This document shows, piece after piece, positions 37,732 through 50,527 of a DNA stretch of 64,000 bases. Position numbers and translations under genes: made by a program. The stretch lies in assembly GCA_043228905.1 (NCBI GenBank), contig JBHGNT010000007.1:1550001-1614000 (forward strand), given 5' to 3'. The number at the start of each line of letters is the position of its first letter. Position 1 is the first letter of the stretch. A model generated the notes under the pieces. The model did no database searches, was not told where the DNA came from, and saw nothing but the letters and a program-made list of their open reading frames with translations. This DNA is from Azolla caroliniana (Eukaryota > Plantae > Polypodiophyta).

Positions 37732-40700
37732 TCATGCCCGTAACATACTCCCCCTCTTTAAAACATTGCACTCTTGCAATGGAAAGTTAGGGAAGTTAGT
37801 TCTAAGAGTATTTTCGCGTTCCCATGTGGCATCTTTTATTGATTTATCCATCCATTTTATTTTGAATTCTCGGATTTCTTTAGTACGTAATTTTTTTGTT
37901 TTAACATCGAGAATTCTTTCTGGCACATGTGGTTTAGAAGATAATTCTTCAGAAGTAACCAGAGTTTCAGTCGTAACTGTATTGTCGCCAGAACCTAGAA
38001 GTTCTTTTAGACGACTCACATGAAAGACTGGATGAATTCTGACACCATCGGGAAGAGCGAGACGATAGGCTGATGACCCAATGCGTTTGAGGACTGTAAA
38101 AGGTCCACAAAACCGTGGGGCTAACTTAGCGCACTTACCCGTAGACAATGTCTTAGAATTGTGAGGTACACGTAAAAATACCTTCTGTCCAGGGTTGAAT
38201 ACACGAGGTTGCCTATGATGATCGGCATAAAAACGCGCTCTATCTTGAGCTGTTTTTATATTATCTCGTGCAATATGCAACATATCTTGCATATCCCGAA
38301 GAAAGTTTTGCGTACTTCGCAACTCATCATGATGTATAGTAACATCAATCGGGGCTCGTGGCTGAAAACCATACATCAACATAAAAGGACTATATCCCGT
38401 CGACGTATGCTTGGAGCTGTTATAAGCAAACTCCAAAATTGGGAGATAACGTTCCCATTTTGTTGGTTTTGCACCAACGTATGCTCGAAGCATGTCCTCA
38501 ATAATTTGATTTACTCGTTTTGTCTGTCCATCGGATTGAGGATGATCCGTGGAGCTCATGCTCAACGTAGTTTCTAACTTCTTAAAGACTTGCGTCTAGA
38601 AGTCACTAGTAAACTTTGGATCTCGATCACTCACGATATCCATCGGTAACCCATAAAAACGAAACAATTCGTCAACGAATTGGTAAGCCAGTTCAGGAGC
38701 TGTTACCGTGGTTTTAGTAGCAATAAATCTGGCCATTTTAGTTAGTCGATCAACGACAACCCAGATGGCATCATGACCTTTTTGGGTGCGAGGAAGGCTA
38801 ACAATAAAATCCATGGATATACTTTCCCACTTATTATTGGGAATGTCCAAGGGATGTAAAAGTCCTGCGGCTTTAAGTCGCTCGGCTTTGTTAACCTGAC
38901 ACTGGTGACATTTAGTCACATAGCTATGTATGTCAGGACGCATCTTAGGCCAATAAAATTGAGTGGAGATGAGAACGAGTGTACGATGTATTCCAGGGTG
39001 CCCTGCTGAGGGTGCATCATGGCATTCAAAAAGAATCCTCTTTTTGACCTCGGGTAAATCTGGAACACAAACCTTCCCATTACGGTAGAGCAAACCGTTA
39101 GCAATGTGGAAGTATTCCTTCGAGGATGTGGTGGTGTCTGTTCCAGACTCAACTCTTGCCCAGTATTTTGCGAAATAACTGTCATCAGGATACTTTCCTC
39201 GAAGGTGATCATAAAGATCTGATGATATTGCAGTGAAGCTAAGCGTGTTAACTTCACGGATGCGACTTAGTGCATCAGCGACAGTGTTCATGGAACCTTT
39301 ACGATATCGTATGGAAAAATCAAAGTCCTGGATGAGATCAGCCCATCGTGCCTTACGACCTTTCAGGTCTTGTTGGTCACAAAAATATTTCAAGGACTCG
39401 TGGTCCGTAGTTACCACAAAGTGATTTCCATAAAGATAATGGCGCCATGTTTTGAGCGCATGTATAACTGCAAATAATTCCTTTTCTTGAACGGTATACC
39501 GACATTGAGCAGAATCAAGTTTCTTACTCTCGAATGCTATTGGTTTACCATCTTGATACAAGACAGCACCTATAGCATAATCGCTGGCATCGGTTTCAAC
39601 CTCAAAAGGTTTTGAAGGATCAGGTAAAAGAAGTGAAGGAGCCTTGCAAACCAGGTCCTTGAGTTCCTTAAAGGCAAGGTCTAGTGTAGCATTCCACACA
39701 ATAGGTTTTGTAGACTTACGCGTTTGACCTTTTAAAAGATCAGTAAACGGCGTCGTCAATTGGGAGTAATTACGAAGAGACTTTCGCAAAAACCCCACAA
39801 AACCAAGGAATGATCGAACTTCTCGAATATTCCGAAGAGTGGGCCAAAGCTTGATTTTCTCAATGCGAGAAGGATCAATTTCAACTCCTCGTTCGGTTAT
39901 GAGATGTCCTAGATAAGTAATTGATTTCTTGAAGAACTCACATTTTGAGATCTTCGCATAAAACTGTTTGTCACGCAATGTTTGTAAAACAAAGCGGACA
40001 TGTCTAGCATGTTCTTGTAATGTACGGCTATAAACTAAAATATCATCCAAGAAAATAACGACAAATTTTCCAAGTTGTTCTCGGAAAATGTCATTCATTT
40101 CTTGTTGAAAAGTAGCCGGAGCATTGGTCAAACCAAAAGGCATAACCAAAAACTCGTAATGGCCATAGCGCGTACGAAATGCCGTTTTAGGAACATCGTC
40201 CTCACTTATTCTTATTTGATGGTAGCCAGTACGGAGATCAAGTTTCGTAAAATACCGAGCTCCCTGGAGACGGTCAATTAGATCGTCAGCCCGGGGCAAT
40301 GGATACGAATTCTTGATCGTCACTTTATTCAAGCGTCGGTAATTAATACACATACGCCATGTGCCCTCTTTCTTTTTAACCAAGAGAACTGGTGCACCCC
40401 ATGGAGATTTACTATAACGTATATAACCCATTCGTAAATAGTCCTTGAGTTGCTTAGATACCTCATCTTCTTCGGATCGACTTAAGCGATACGGAGGTAT
40501 ACTTATTGGTGCAACACCAGGTACAATATCTATACGATGGTCTATATTACGTTTAGGAGGTAACCCATCAGGTAGTTCACTTGGGAAAACATCATGAAAA
40601 TCATTTAAGATTTCATCAAGTTGTTGTTGTTCAAAATATGTTAATTGAATCGGGACATTATCGATATTGTAAAAGTGAATGTCCGGATCAAGTACACAAT

Positions 40701-42165
40701 AAAATAACGTAGAACAAGACAACTCGGATATTGATGGACACGAGGAAACAATCGAGAGGGATTGTTTTTTTACACATTGAATAAAATGCGTACAATCGTT
40801 CAGTACAAAAGAAATGGAATGATGAACCCAATCAATAAATAAAGAAGAGTTTTTATTATAAAACCAGGGATAACCCAGTATTACATCGGTGGTACAAAGA
40901 TTCATTACATGGAAGTCTACTTCCTCTATATAAGTATCAATAGAAATTCCTAATGAATGAATCGCCCCGTTGATGTATTGTACTCTTCCATCAGCCAAGT
41001 GCACCGTGTAGGTGTGATCACTTACGGTGGGTTGGATTCCCCATATCTGAACCAAACGATCATTCACAAAATTGTGTGAGCTTCCCGAATCAAATAAAAA
41101 TTGTACGGGAGATCCATTGATATACCCGTTTGCACGTAGTAAATCATTGGGACCCAATACATAGTGAGGGAAAGAACATTGACAATTACTTAAATGATGT
41201 GTATAGACCTGAAGGACATTAGGAATCTGACCTTTATGGTCTGCAGCTTTAGCTTTGTTGTCGTGCTCTTTCCGTTGGAGCTTTCGACATTGATCTTTTG
41301 TATGACCCTTCTTTTTGCAGAATACACAAAAAGGATGTTGTCGCTTACAATCGCGATCCAGGAATTCGTTGGGTGTCTTGCGTTTCCCAACAAATTGCGA
41401 CTGCTTAGTCCCGGGCGCTTCGTTGGGTTTGTTATGGTCCTTCTTCGAAGTGCGTTGATAGCGAAGAACTATTTCAACGGCCTCTTCGAAGGATTTTGGA
41501 TCCTTATCGTGCACTATCCAGTGATAGTCCGAATTGGGGATGCCATTGACAAAACAAGCTATCAACCAATTGTCCCCTTCTAGACCCGATTTTTGGATTT
41601 GGGTTCTAGCATGGTGAACATAGTCTTCTAGCGAGGAAAATTTCCTGCTAGAGAGGTTCATTAAAGCTTGTGCTGCCTCGGTTCGAGAGGGAGGTTGCAG
41701 AAATTGGCCCTTAAAAACCGTGACAAAATCTGTCCAGGTATCGGGCAATTTCCCCATAGTACGGAGGCCACGCCACCAGGCGGCGGCCTTACCCCCGAGT
41801 TCTCGGCCGACATATGCAATCTTCGTACTATCTGGCGTGGGATAGAGCTCAAAATGAGACTCCCATCGTCCCAGCCATGTGCAGGTTGCTTCTTCGGTTC
41901 TTTCCTTTTTGTCTCCCGTAAATGGCTTAACGACAAATGATGGTTCACCTTGTCGCTCATCAGGTCTATTAGTCTCACGTTGTAGACTAATGACACGTGC
42001 CTCAAGAGCACTTTGAGATTGCCGAAGTTCGGTCATCTGTTGAGTGGTGAAACTAAGGAATTGGGTTATTTGTGCCAAATACATCTCAGTGGACATTTGT
42101 CCAGGAGGATTCCCTTGAGTTCCTTCCGCTTGAGCGGATGACATTGGGTCGTTAATTTGAGCCAT
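37732..42165 (-). pseudogene. Chromovirus F gag-pol (gag, CCHC, PR LFDSGS, RT FLDD, RNaseH, integrase, chromodomain) with one in-frame TAG at 38596
   Basis: The 1189-aa and 277-aa ORFs are in the same frame (FTSDF*TQVF, W->stop); C-terminal PERILD...IKW...ATWE chromodomain. Confidence 0.92.
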
Positions 42166-43344
42166 TAAAGATTATTTCTGGAAAAGAAATAGGATAAGGT
42201 CAGAGATATAGTCATAACATCATGTCGTGATGTAAACATATCATGGGCGAGCATTAATCGATATCATTATCTCACGTCAATACCCCTCTAGACGTATGAG
42301 ATGAGGTTCAAGATCAGGTTACTATGGTAACACAAAGGTGTTTTAAAAACCATGGGGGTGACAAATAAATGTCTTTCCCTGATCTCTATATCGATTTTTT
42401 CATGGTGGCTCCCCGAGGCTCAACCATGTATGTTCGCGTCATGAATAGTTTATACACGAAAAAAATGTTAATAATAAACTATGTTTCGGTGCCCACATAT
42501 GTGGTTTCGGCTCTTTAAGTCCTATTACGAGGACCCCGAGGTGCACTTAGACCTTAAGTCTAAACATGTGTTATAGTCATATGTATCAAGGATGTTGTAT
42601 GGTCTTGGTCATATTTGAACTCGAGACCTCGAGAACAAATACATTAAACACTTGAGCCAACCAAGTAAGTTGCTCTTCTCGAATGCTTAATGTTTGATGC
42701 GTATAAGAGATATGCGAGGCAATTGATCATATATGTTTTTTTAAAAGAACATATATGTCAAGGGTCCTTATTGCGCCCTCATTTACCAAAACTATGTTGG
42801 TACGTTACCTAACCTCAAGTCTCGTAATTACGATGGCATACGCCAAAGTGCAACCTAATGGTCAAGCCAAATGAGCCCTCGTTTCGTAGTAGGCTCACGT
42901 GGGCCATCACATGGTCACGTCATTACGAATGCCTCTCGTAAGAACGAGCTCATGGTGGCATCGTATCCATGTAACGAGGGAGGGATGTTGGATACGTGCG
43001 TCATTGGAGCGACCTCACTTGAAGTGGGTCAAGCCCTACGTACTCAACATCATTTTGGCTATTCGCGTTTCTTTACGTAACGAAATCGAGGTCGTCAACG
43101 GGGTTATCAACAATAAAAAAAATGTTGAAAAAGGGATGGTGACAACACCATTCTCACAAAAATGTGAGGACGGCCACCAACATCCTTTTCCCGATAAGGA
43201 CAACTTTCGATATAATCACGTAATAACGAATATACACATATGTTTACTTATCACATATATACGATCAAATACGTATATATGTGACCACATATGCCTATAT
43301 TAAACATATCGTTATAGTAAATAGCCACAAATGATGTGATCGAG

Positions 43345-43610
43345 ATACGTAATCGAGGTATATACCTCTACGCACACGAAACATCCACAAATAAGAGATC
43401 ATCGTAATACGCAATGGAGGTATTGACCTCTTACGCATACGAGACCAAACGCATATCGTTTACAACAAATCAAGGTATTAAACTCATACGCAAACGTAAC
43501 ATATGTTCGTGAACGTAATACGTAATTGAGGTATTAACCTCGTACGCATACGACACTCATCACATATTATTAATATGTCAAACGAGGTATTGACCTCGTG
43601 CACATATGTA
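43345..43610. repeat. Five hairpin repeats (GAGGT-N4-ACCTC core) at a 55-62 bp period with dissimilar spacers
   Basis: Cores at 43355, 43417, 43472 (variant AAGGT/AACTC), 43528 and 43584, each followed by a TACGCAYACG-like motif. Confidence 0.75.
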
Positions 43611-44690
43611 AACGTTTTAGATAATCAATTAAAGACCACCACAACATCATTGACTTAATGAAAAAAATTACATATAAACTAAACACATGATTAGATGGGA
43701 GAAGAGAGAATAGAAAAAAAAATATGGAAAGAGTTACCGAAGTTCTTTGTTGATCGTTGTCTGGATCAAGGCCAACCGCACAACGATCGATCAGCATCAA
43801 TCAAAAGACAAATGAAAAACAAAGAAACATTAGTAAAAAAAATCTGATACCAAATATTATAGATCATAGTACTAATGTAAGCTTAAGATAAGGATAATGA
43901 AAAGATAGATAGAAAGGAGAAAGAGAAAGAAGGGTGCCGATCCACCCGACCACCCCCGAGCGAAGGGATCGAGATGGACTCGAGCCTCGATCGGCGTCCC
44001 ATACCACCGCCGTGGCGTCGAGTCGTACCTGGTGCTGGCGCGCTCGCTACAAGAGTTGACCCACCACACGAGCAGAGTCTCGATGTAGTCAAAAGATGAT
44101 CAAATGAGGGTAGCTAGGCCTCTTATTTATAGCGATATCCAAGGCCCCCAGGCAAGTTCACACTTGACCTAATGGGTTGTCTCAATCCCGAGGATTAAAA
44201 GTAATCCTCCCCTTCTTTACACTCTCATTTAACCCTCACACTTATCCACGTGTATAGAATACTACGGTAAATTCTTACCACGGGATATTATATGGTCATG
44301 CCCGTAACAAAAACCTTTGATAGAGGTAGCGTGTAATTAGAAGAGTGGAAGGTTTTTGATTGGAATATAACACTATCTTCTCTGATTCTTGGTGTCTATT
44401 TAGTTTTCAATTATTGATGTCTGCTCAATTCATAAGTAACGTAGCTAAGCGTAACGACGCACGCAGTGTGCGCACTAAGGAGTTGGTTGTAGCCATCTCC
44501 TCCCATTACGCTGTAGGGTACGCTGGGATATCCTCTTACGACTTACGATTACCATTCCACGCAACGCAATCACCTTGGTGTTTACCTCAAAGGATTGAGT
44601 GTAGACAAGTGTTCCTAGTTGGTAACACCAAGTGTGTTCATACGCACCCATCCCGGCCTCTTACGACTTGTATCCCATAACACACAAAAT

Positions 44691-45487
44691 TGTCACGAAC
44701 AGGTGGAATGAGGCTAAGTATTAAGAGAGAGCGAGAGCATAAGCAAGATCACAAGATTGTCAAGGACAAGTAGATGAGGCTCAATATTAAGAGATGGCGG
44801 GAGAGAGAGCATAGACAAGTGAACAAGCAAGAGAGAGGATAGACAAATAAACAAGAACTGTATATGCTTTAGTAACTGGTGTTGTTCACCTTGATTGTAA
44901 TCAAGGTGCACCCTAGTATTTATACAAAAATGTGGAGGTATGCACGAAAGCTAGACGACTTCTAGAGAGTGCATGGAAACTTCTAGAGAGTGCATGAAGA
45001 TGCATTCTCTAGAAGGTTCTTGAAAGTTCTAGTGATCAATCTATAATGAAATAAGTTGAGTCTTACACAATATAATAATGCATAGATGGATGTAGCTCAA
45101 TTGGCAAGGTTGCTCAATAAGACCAGAAGGTCATGGGGTCAACCCCCACCATTCCATGTGGCATCCTGTTTATGACATTATCTTCCATCTAAGGCTGCCT
45201 CCTTGGACCCACGATTGGTTTTTGTGGATAATGTTCATGAAATGCTTGAACTATGTCCAAGGCATGCTTGAGATGATGTGTCGGCTCCCATGTTGCTTCG
45301 GAGATTGGGTACCCTTTCTAGAGGACAAGGTATTGAAGTTGGTGACGGAAAAGATGAGAGTCGAGAATTTGGTCGACCTCATATTCTTCTCCGGTTGAGA
45401 GTTGGATTGGTGGTGGAGGAGATGGGTGTTGACTGGGGATTTCAAATATATGGTGAGGTTCTAGAAGGGAGACATGGAATACATTAT
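44691..45487 (-). mobile_element. Chromovirus fragment M: 3' LTR (44691-45177) plus integrase end and chromodomain
   Basis: LTR termini TGTCACGAACAGG / CCTGTTTATGACA; translation VFHVSLLEP...EEYEVDQILDS...YLVL*KGYPISEATWEP. Confidence 0.85.
45084..45165 (+). other. tRNA-like head, homologous to the SINE head at 5551-5632, inside LTR M
   Basis: AGATGGATGTAGCTCAATTGGCAAGGTTGCTCAAT...GGGGTCAACCCCCACCATTCCATGTGGCATC. Confidence 0.7.
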
Positions 45488-48400
45488 TGAAAAGAATGGC
45501 ATGCGGAAGCAATATAGGAAACCGAACAATAGAAAATGCAGGTTTAATGGAAAGCTTAGGTTTGCACAGTACGCATGGGAGAGACAGAGTAAAAATCAGA
45601 ACTATATTCAAAATAATACTCAATTTGTACATCGTGTGTGTTCAATGAACACTTTTATACAAGGCCTTTTTGGACTGACAGAAGTACTGACAGTACTTCA
45701 ATGCTCATTAAGGAGCCCCTACACTAACTCCCAAATATATTCCTTGCGTAATATCTTTCCGATGGCCTCACGGTTTTTGCACCGATCCGGTCTTCCTACG
45801 CACCGGTCTGCGTACCGGTACCGATTCGGCCTAACTGATCGGTCCCAACCGATCCGGTCCTCGGCTTGCTCAGCCGATCCGGCCGATTTTGAGCTTGTCT
45901 CTCAACACTCCCCCTCAAGCTCAACTTGAGGCTCTTTGGGATCTTTCGGGCCATTGCTCTGGTTCCTCCTAGCTCCACGCCTCGCTCGCGCTCCTCGGCC
46001 TGTTCGACTCCGCGCGCTTTGACCCTTCCGGTCGGCTTGTCTGCTCCCACGGCCCTTCACAGCTCCCTTGTTGTCGCGGTGTTGGCACTTCTCATGCTGC
46101 CTTCTTTTCCGCTTGGCCCTCAGTTGATTCAGTGTATCTGAATCAAATATCCGAACCGACTCGGCTACCTCTGATTGGTTTTCGCTCTCGTCCGAGTTGG
46201 CTGTCTCCAACTCGTCTTCGGTTTTTTCGCCCTTGACGGCGTCATCTCCCCCATGCTTGGTTGGCTTTGGCTCTTTCTTTTGGCTGCTCCCCTTATGTCC
46301 GCTTTTGGACTCCTCCGCGGATCCGCCCTCGGCTTCTTCAGCCGATCCGAAGTCGAATTCGTCATCTGACTTGGTGTCGTGGCCTCTTCCGCTCCCTTCC
46401 TGATCCCTTGCTTGGTCTTTCGAGACTGTTCTCCCCCTCAAGTTTGGCACGTCGAGGTGACGCAACCCAACCGCACCTGAGAATTGCCGCAACTTGTCTA
46501 GACCAAAGGGCTTGGTGAAGATGTCGGTAGTTTGCTGATCCGTCGGAACATATTGAAGTTCGACTTCACCAGAAAGGACATGCTCACGGACAAAATGGTA
46601 GTGCACCTCAATGTGCTTGGTCCTTGCATGGAAAACGGGGTTCTTCGCGCTGGATGTTGGTGACGTTATCACAGTAGATCGTCGTCGGATCGGACACCTC
46701 CTCTTGTAGGTCCTTAAGTAGCCGCTTCAACCATATGGCTTCGCATGTCGCGATAGCCGCTCCTCGGTACTCAGCTTCGGTGCTCGACAGTGCAATTGTC
46801 GGTTGCTTCTTACTGCTCCATGCTATCGTGGCACTCCCAAGAGAGAACGCGTATCCGGATGTGGATCGGCGATTGGCAGCGTTGCCTGCCCAATCAACAT
46901 CGGTGTAGCCGACCAACTGCGAGGCTGTACTGGTCCGGTATAGCAGTCCCCGGTCCTTAGTGCCGCTTATGTACCGTAGTACGCGTTGCGCACACTGAAG
47001 GTGCTCCTCGGTAGGTCGCGCCATGAACTGACTGATCACCCCGACCGGATAACTGAGATCAGGTCGGGTGATTGTCAAGTAGATAAGGATTCCAACAATT
47101 TGTCGGAACCTCGTCGGGTCTCATACCTTTCCAGAGTTGGGGTGAAGCTTGACGGTTCTATCCAGAGGAGTCGAGACAGACTTACAGTTGGCCATCCCGA
47201 ATTTGAAGAGCATACTCAACACATAATGACGTTGGCTGATCAATATGCCTTCGGGGGTACAGATCACTTCGATCCCAAGGAAGTAATGAAGATTCCCCAG
47301 GTCCTTCATGTTGAACGATCCCGCAAGTTGGAGCTTCACGCGGTCGATTTCACCTAGGTCGGCGCCGGTGATGACCAAGTCATCAACATATAGTAAAATA
47401 CTGACCAGACCGAGTTGAACTTTCCGGATGAACAGGGAAGAGTCCGATTTTGACGTTGCAAAGCCCATCCGACGCAGTTGCTGCATGATCTTCGCGTTCC
47501 AGGCATGTGGGGCTTGCTTTAGTCCGAAAGGGACTTCTTCAATCGGCACACTGCCGACGTGTTCTTTCCGGAGTGAAATCCGGGGGGCTGAACCATGTAC
47601 ACCTGTTCCTCAAGCTCACCTTGCAGGAACGCATTCTTTACATCCATCTGATGTAAGTGCCACCCCTTTGCTGCAGCCACCGCGAGCAAAACACTTACAG
47701 TCGTCATCTTGGTGACCGACGCAAACGTCTCATCATAGTTGATGTCGTGTTTCTGCGCGTAGCCTTTTGCCACTAACCGGGCCTTGTATCGGTTGACCGA
47801 GCCGTCGGTGTTGTACTTGACCTTGTACACCCACCTACATCCGATTGGTTTCACACCCTTCGATGTGTCAACCAGGTCCCAGGTCTCGTTTTTCGCCAAT
47901 GCGTGCATCTCTTCCTCCATTGCGGCGCGCCAATTCGTGTCCTTAGCCGCTTCTGCATAGCTCTCCGGCTCATGCACTTCCGCTACATGGGTCATGTATG
48001 CATAATGTTGCGCCATGTACTCGTTGTATCCGAACCACACAACTGGGTTCTTCTGGTGGGTAGATCGGCGTAATCGGTCATTAGCCGATGTCGAGGTCTT
48101 CTCGGCCGTCCCGGACTTCGCTCTTGAAGACCCATCACCGCTTCCCTCAGAGTCGGACTCGCGTCGGTCTGACTCGTTCCGATTTGTGCCGGAATCCGAC
48201 ACCTTCTTCTTCCCTTTCTCTTTGTGCGTAAGCCGTCTCCTCGGCTTCCTGCGCGGGGAATGCACGACCGAGTCTCCACTACTCGCCGGCTCTTCATCGG
48301 ACTGGTCGAACCGACTCAGTCGTCCATTCGGTCCACTTAACCGAAATGAAATCGGACTCTCTTTGCGGGTCCCAATTTTAGGCTCATCCGGAGGAATCTC

Positions 48401-50527
48401 GGCCTCACTGACTTCGCCGTCAAAACTCGGATTGGAGATGAGGTCCGGAGTTAAGGGCAAGTACTAGGACGCGGACTCGTCAAACACAATGTCGCGGCTC
48501 ACGCGCACTTGTTTGGTGCGAGGGCTATAACACTTATAACCCGTCTGCTCGTCCGAATAGCCAACCAAGATACACTTCTCGGCTTTTGCGTCCAACTTCC
48601 TCCATAACTTCTCTTTCGGTACATGCACATATGCAATGCTACCGAAAACTCTCAAGTGTCGCAAGTTCGGCTTCGTTCCGAAATACTACTCATGCGCTGA
48701 CACTTTGTCCCCGATCCGATTCTGGATGTATACCGTGGTTCGTACCGCCTCGGCCCAATAGAACTTGGGCAAGCTCTTCTCCTCCAGCATTGCCGGTGCC
48801 GCTTCCACAACCGACCGATTTTTCCTCTCGGCCACGCCGTTTTGCTCCGACGTGTATCTACAACTAAATTTGTGCCGAATTCCCATATGTTGTAGATAAT
48901 TGTTGAATTGACCGGAAAAGTATTCTTTTCCGCCATCCAACTGTAGGCACCTAATCTTTCTTCATGTTTCCGTTTCCACGAACCCTTTGAGGTCCCGGAA
49001 ACAGTCGAAGACTTTGCTCTTCCTCTCAATGAGGTAGATCCACGTGTGCCGCGTGTACTCGTCGATGAAGGAGACAAAATATCGGCTCTCGCCAAGACTA
49101 ACGTTTTGTGTCGGCCCCCACACATAAGAGTGTATCAAGTCAAGCTTGTTCCGACTCCGGTTACGCTCGTTGGAGAAAAGAAGTCGGTGTTGCTTCCCAA
49201 GCTGGCAGGCTTCACAAATTTGTGCCTTCCGGCCACTAAATTTGGGCAATCCGAACATCATTTGTTTTGATTGCAGGTCTTTCAGGGGAACTTCTCCGAC
49301 ATTCGCGATCGGATGTGGAGTGTCGTCTCCGGTTGCGACTACTCCCGGTTGCATCGGTTTTTCTAGGTATGAGAACCACTCCTTATGGCTCGTCATGTGA
49401 TTTGATGCGCCGGAGTTGACGTATCACACCTCGTCTGATTTCGGGGTGGTCTGCTTCATTGAGTTTGCTTTGTGTCTCGTCCCGAAGGCAGACCCTTTTT
49501 CGGCTTTTCCGGATCCTTCGGTGTAGTGCGATAGCTGCCGGTTTCCTTTGTCGGTATGTCCGGAACCAGATCCGGAACCGATCCTCTCTGACTCGACGGG
49601 CTTTTTCCAACACTCCTCTCTCTGTGGCCTTTCTTGCCACAGTACCAACATTTCGTGGCAGGTTTCCCTTGTCGGTTCTCATCGCCTTGACTCCCCCTGT
49701 TTCCAGAGGGTCCGGAATTGCTGTCGGCATCATTTCGGTGCCTCCTTCCTTGATCTCGTCGGCCGCCTCCATTGCGCACCGACTCGCCTTGTCCTCCACG
49801 TCCACGGGGCCTATCTCCCTCCATGTACATCATCTTGCTGTCGGTGTGCATGCTCGTTGATGCACCCGCGTGGTTCTCCTCTACTAGGAGCATCGACTGT
49901 AAGTCGAAAAAGGACGGCGTATTCTCCTGGGTACACACAACAGTTCGGAACGCCCTGAACTTCTACGCCAAACCCCCGAGACAGACCTGGACCATCTCGC
50001 TTTCCTCAATGTTCACATCGATGGAAGCTAAGGAGTCACATATGTCCTTGATCTTCTAGGTATAGTCCGCCACCGACAAATCGCGTTGTCGTAGGTTGCT
50101 CAACTCTTGTCGAAGCTGAAGCTTCCTGGCTGTGGTGCTCGCGGCGAAGATCTTCTTCAGATTTTCCCACGCACCCTTCAGCGTTTTTGCATCCCGAACG
50201 TAGCTTAATATCTATTCACCCACACAAGATGCGAAACAGTATGACACTCTACTCGCCCATTGTTCCCACGCCGGGAAATCTTTGTGTGTCGATTCGGGTG
50301 CCGCGTCATTCGCTCCTTCGACATAGCTCCAGTAACCGTGCGCAAGCAGGTATTGGTGCATCTTGTAGGACCAAGATGCGTAGTTGGTTTTGTCGAGCTT
50401 CTCCGTCAGAAGCGAGCTAGCCATTCCTCTGTCCATCGGTTTTCTTGTTCTTCTTCGTTGGTTTTTCCTTCAAGCAAAGTTGATTGCAGAGGTTCTCAAC
50501 CCTCGCGCTCTAATACCATGAAAAGAA
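45488..50527 (-). mobile_element. Degenerate Ty1/Copia element H (3' LTR 45488-45907; 5' LTR truncated at 50527 by element I)
   Basis: PBS TGGTATTAGAGCG at ~50506-50518; gag, integrase, RT (YVDD) and RNaseH (TKHIEVHYHF) fragments; PPT TTGAGGGGGAG. Confidence 0.88.

Larger units (their letters stand above)
37291..44309 (-). mobile_element. Near-intact Ty3/Gypsy chromovirus F (455-bp LTRs 37291-37745 and 43855-44309)
   Basis: TSD AAAAC; ~2 LTR mismatches seen; PBS TGGTATCAGA (43843-43852); PPT AAAGAGGGGGAGTA; both LTRs read TG...TA. Confidence 0.95.
16455..44627 (+). mobile_element. Solo LTR G (~450 bp net: 16455-16559, 37262-37290, 44315-44627), split by elements D and F
   Basis: TGTTG...TAACA termini, TSD CCAGG/CCAAG, TATATAAA at ~37271; LINE ORF1 resumes at 44628. 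Confidence 0.75.

Noticed and set aside
42597-42670. tRNA-like motif on the minus strand in the F leader (similar weak signal at ~4520-4600)
   Set aside because: The boxes are too degenerate to support a call
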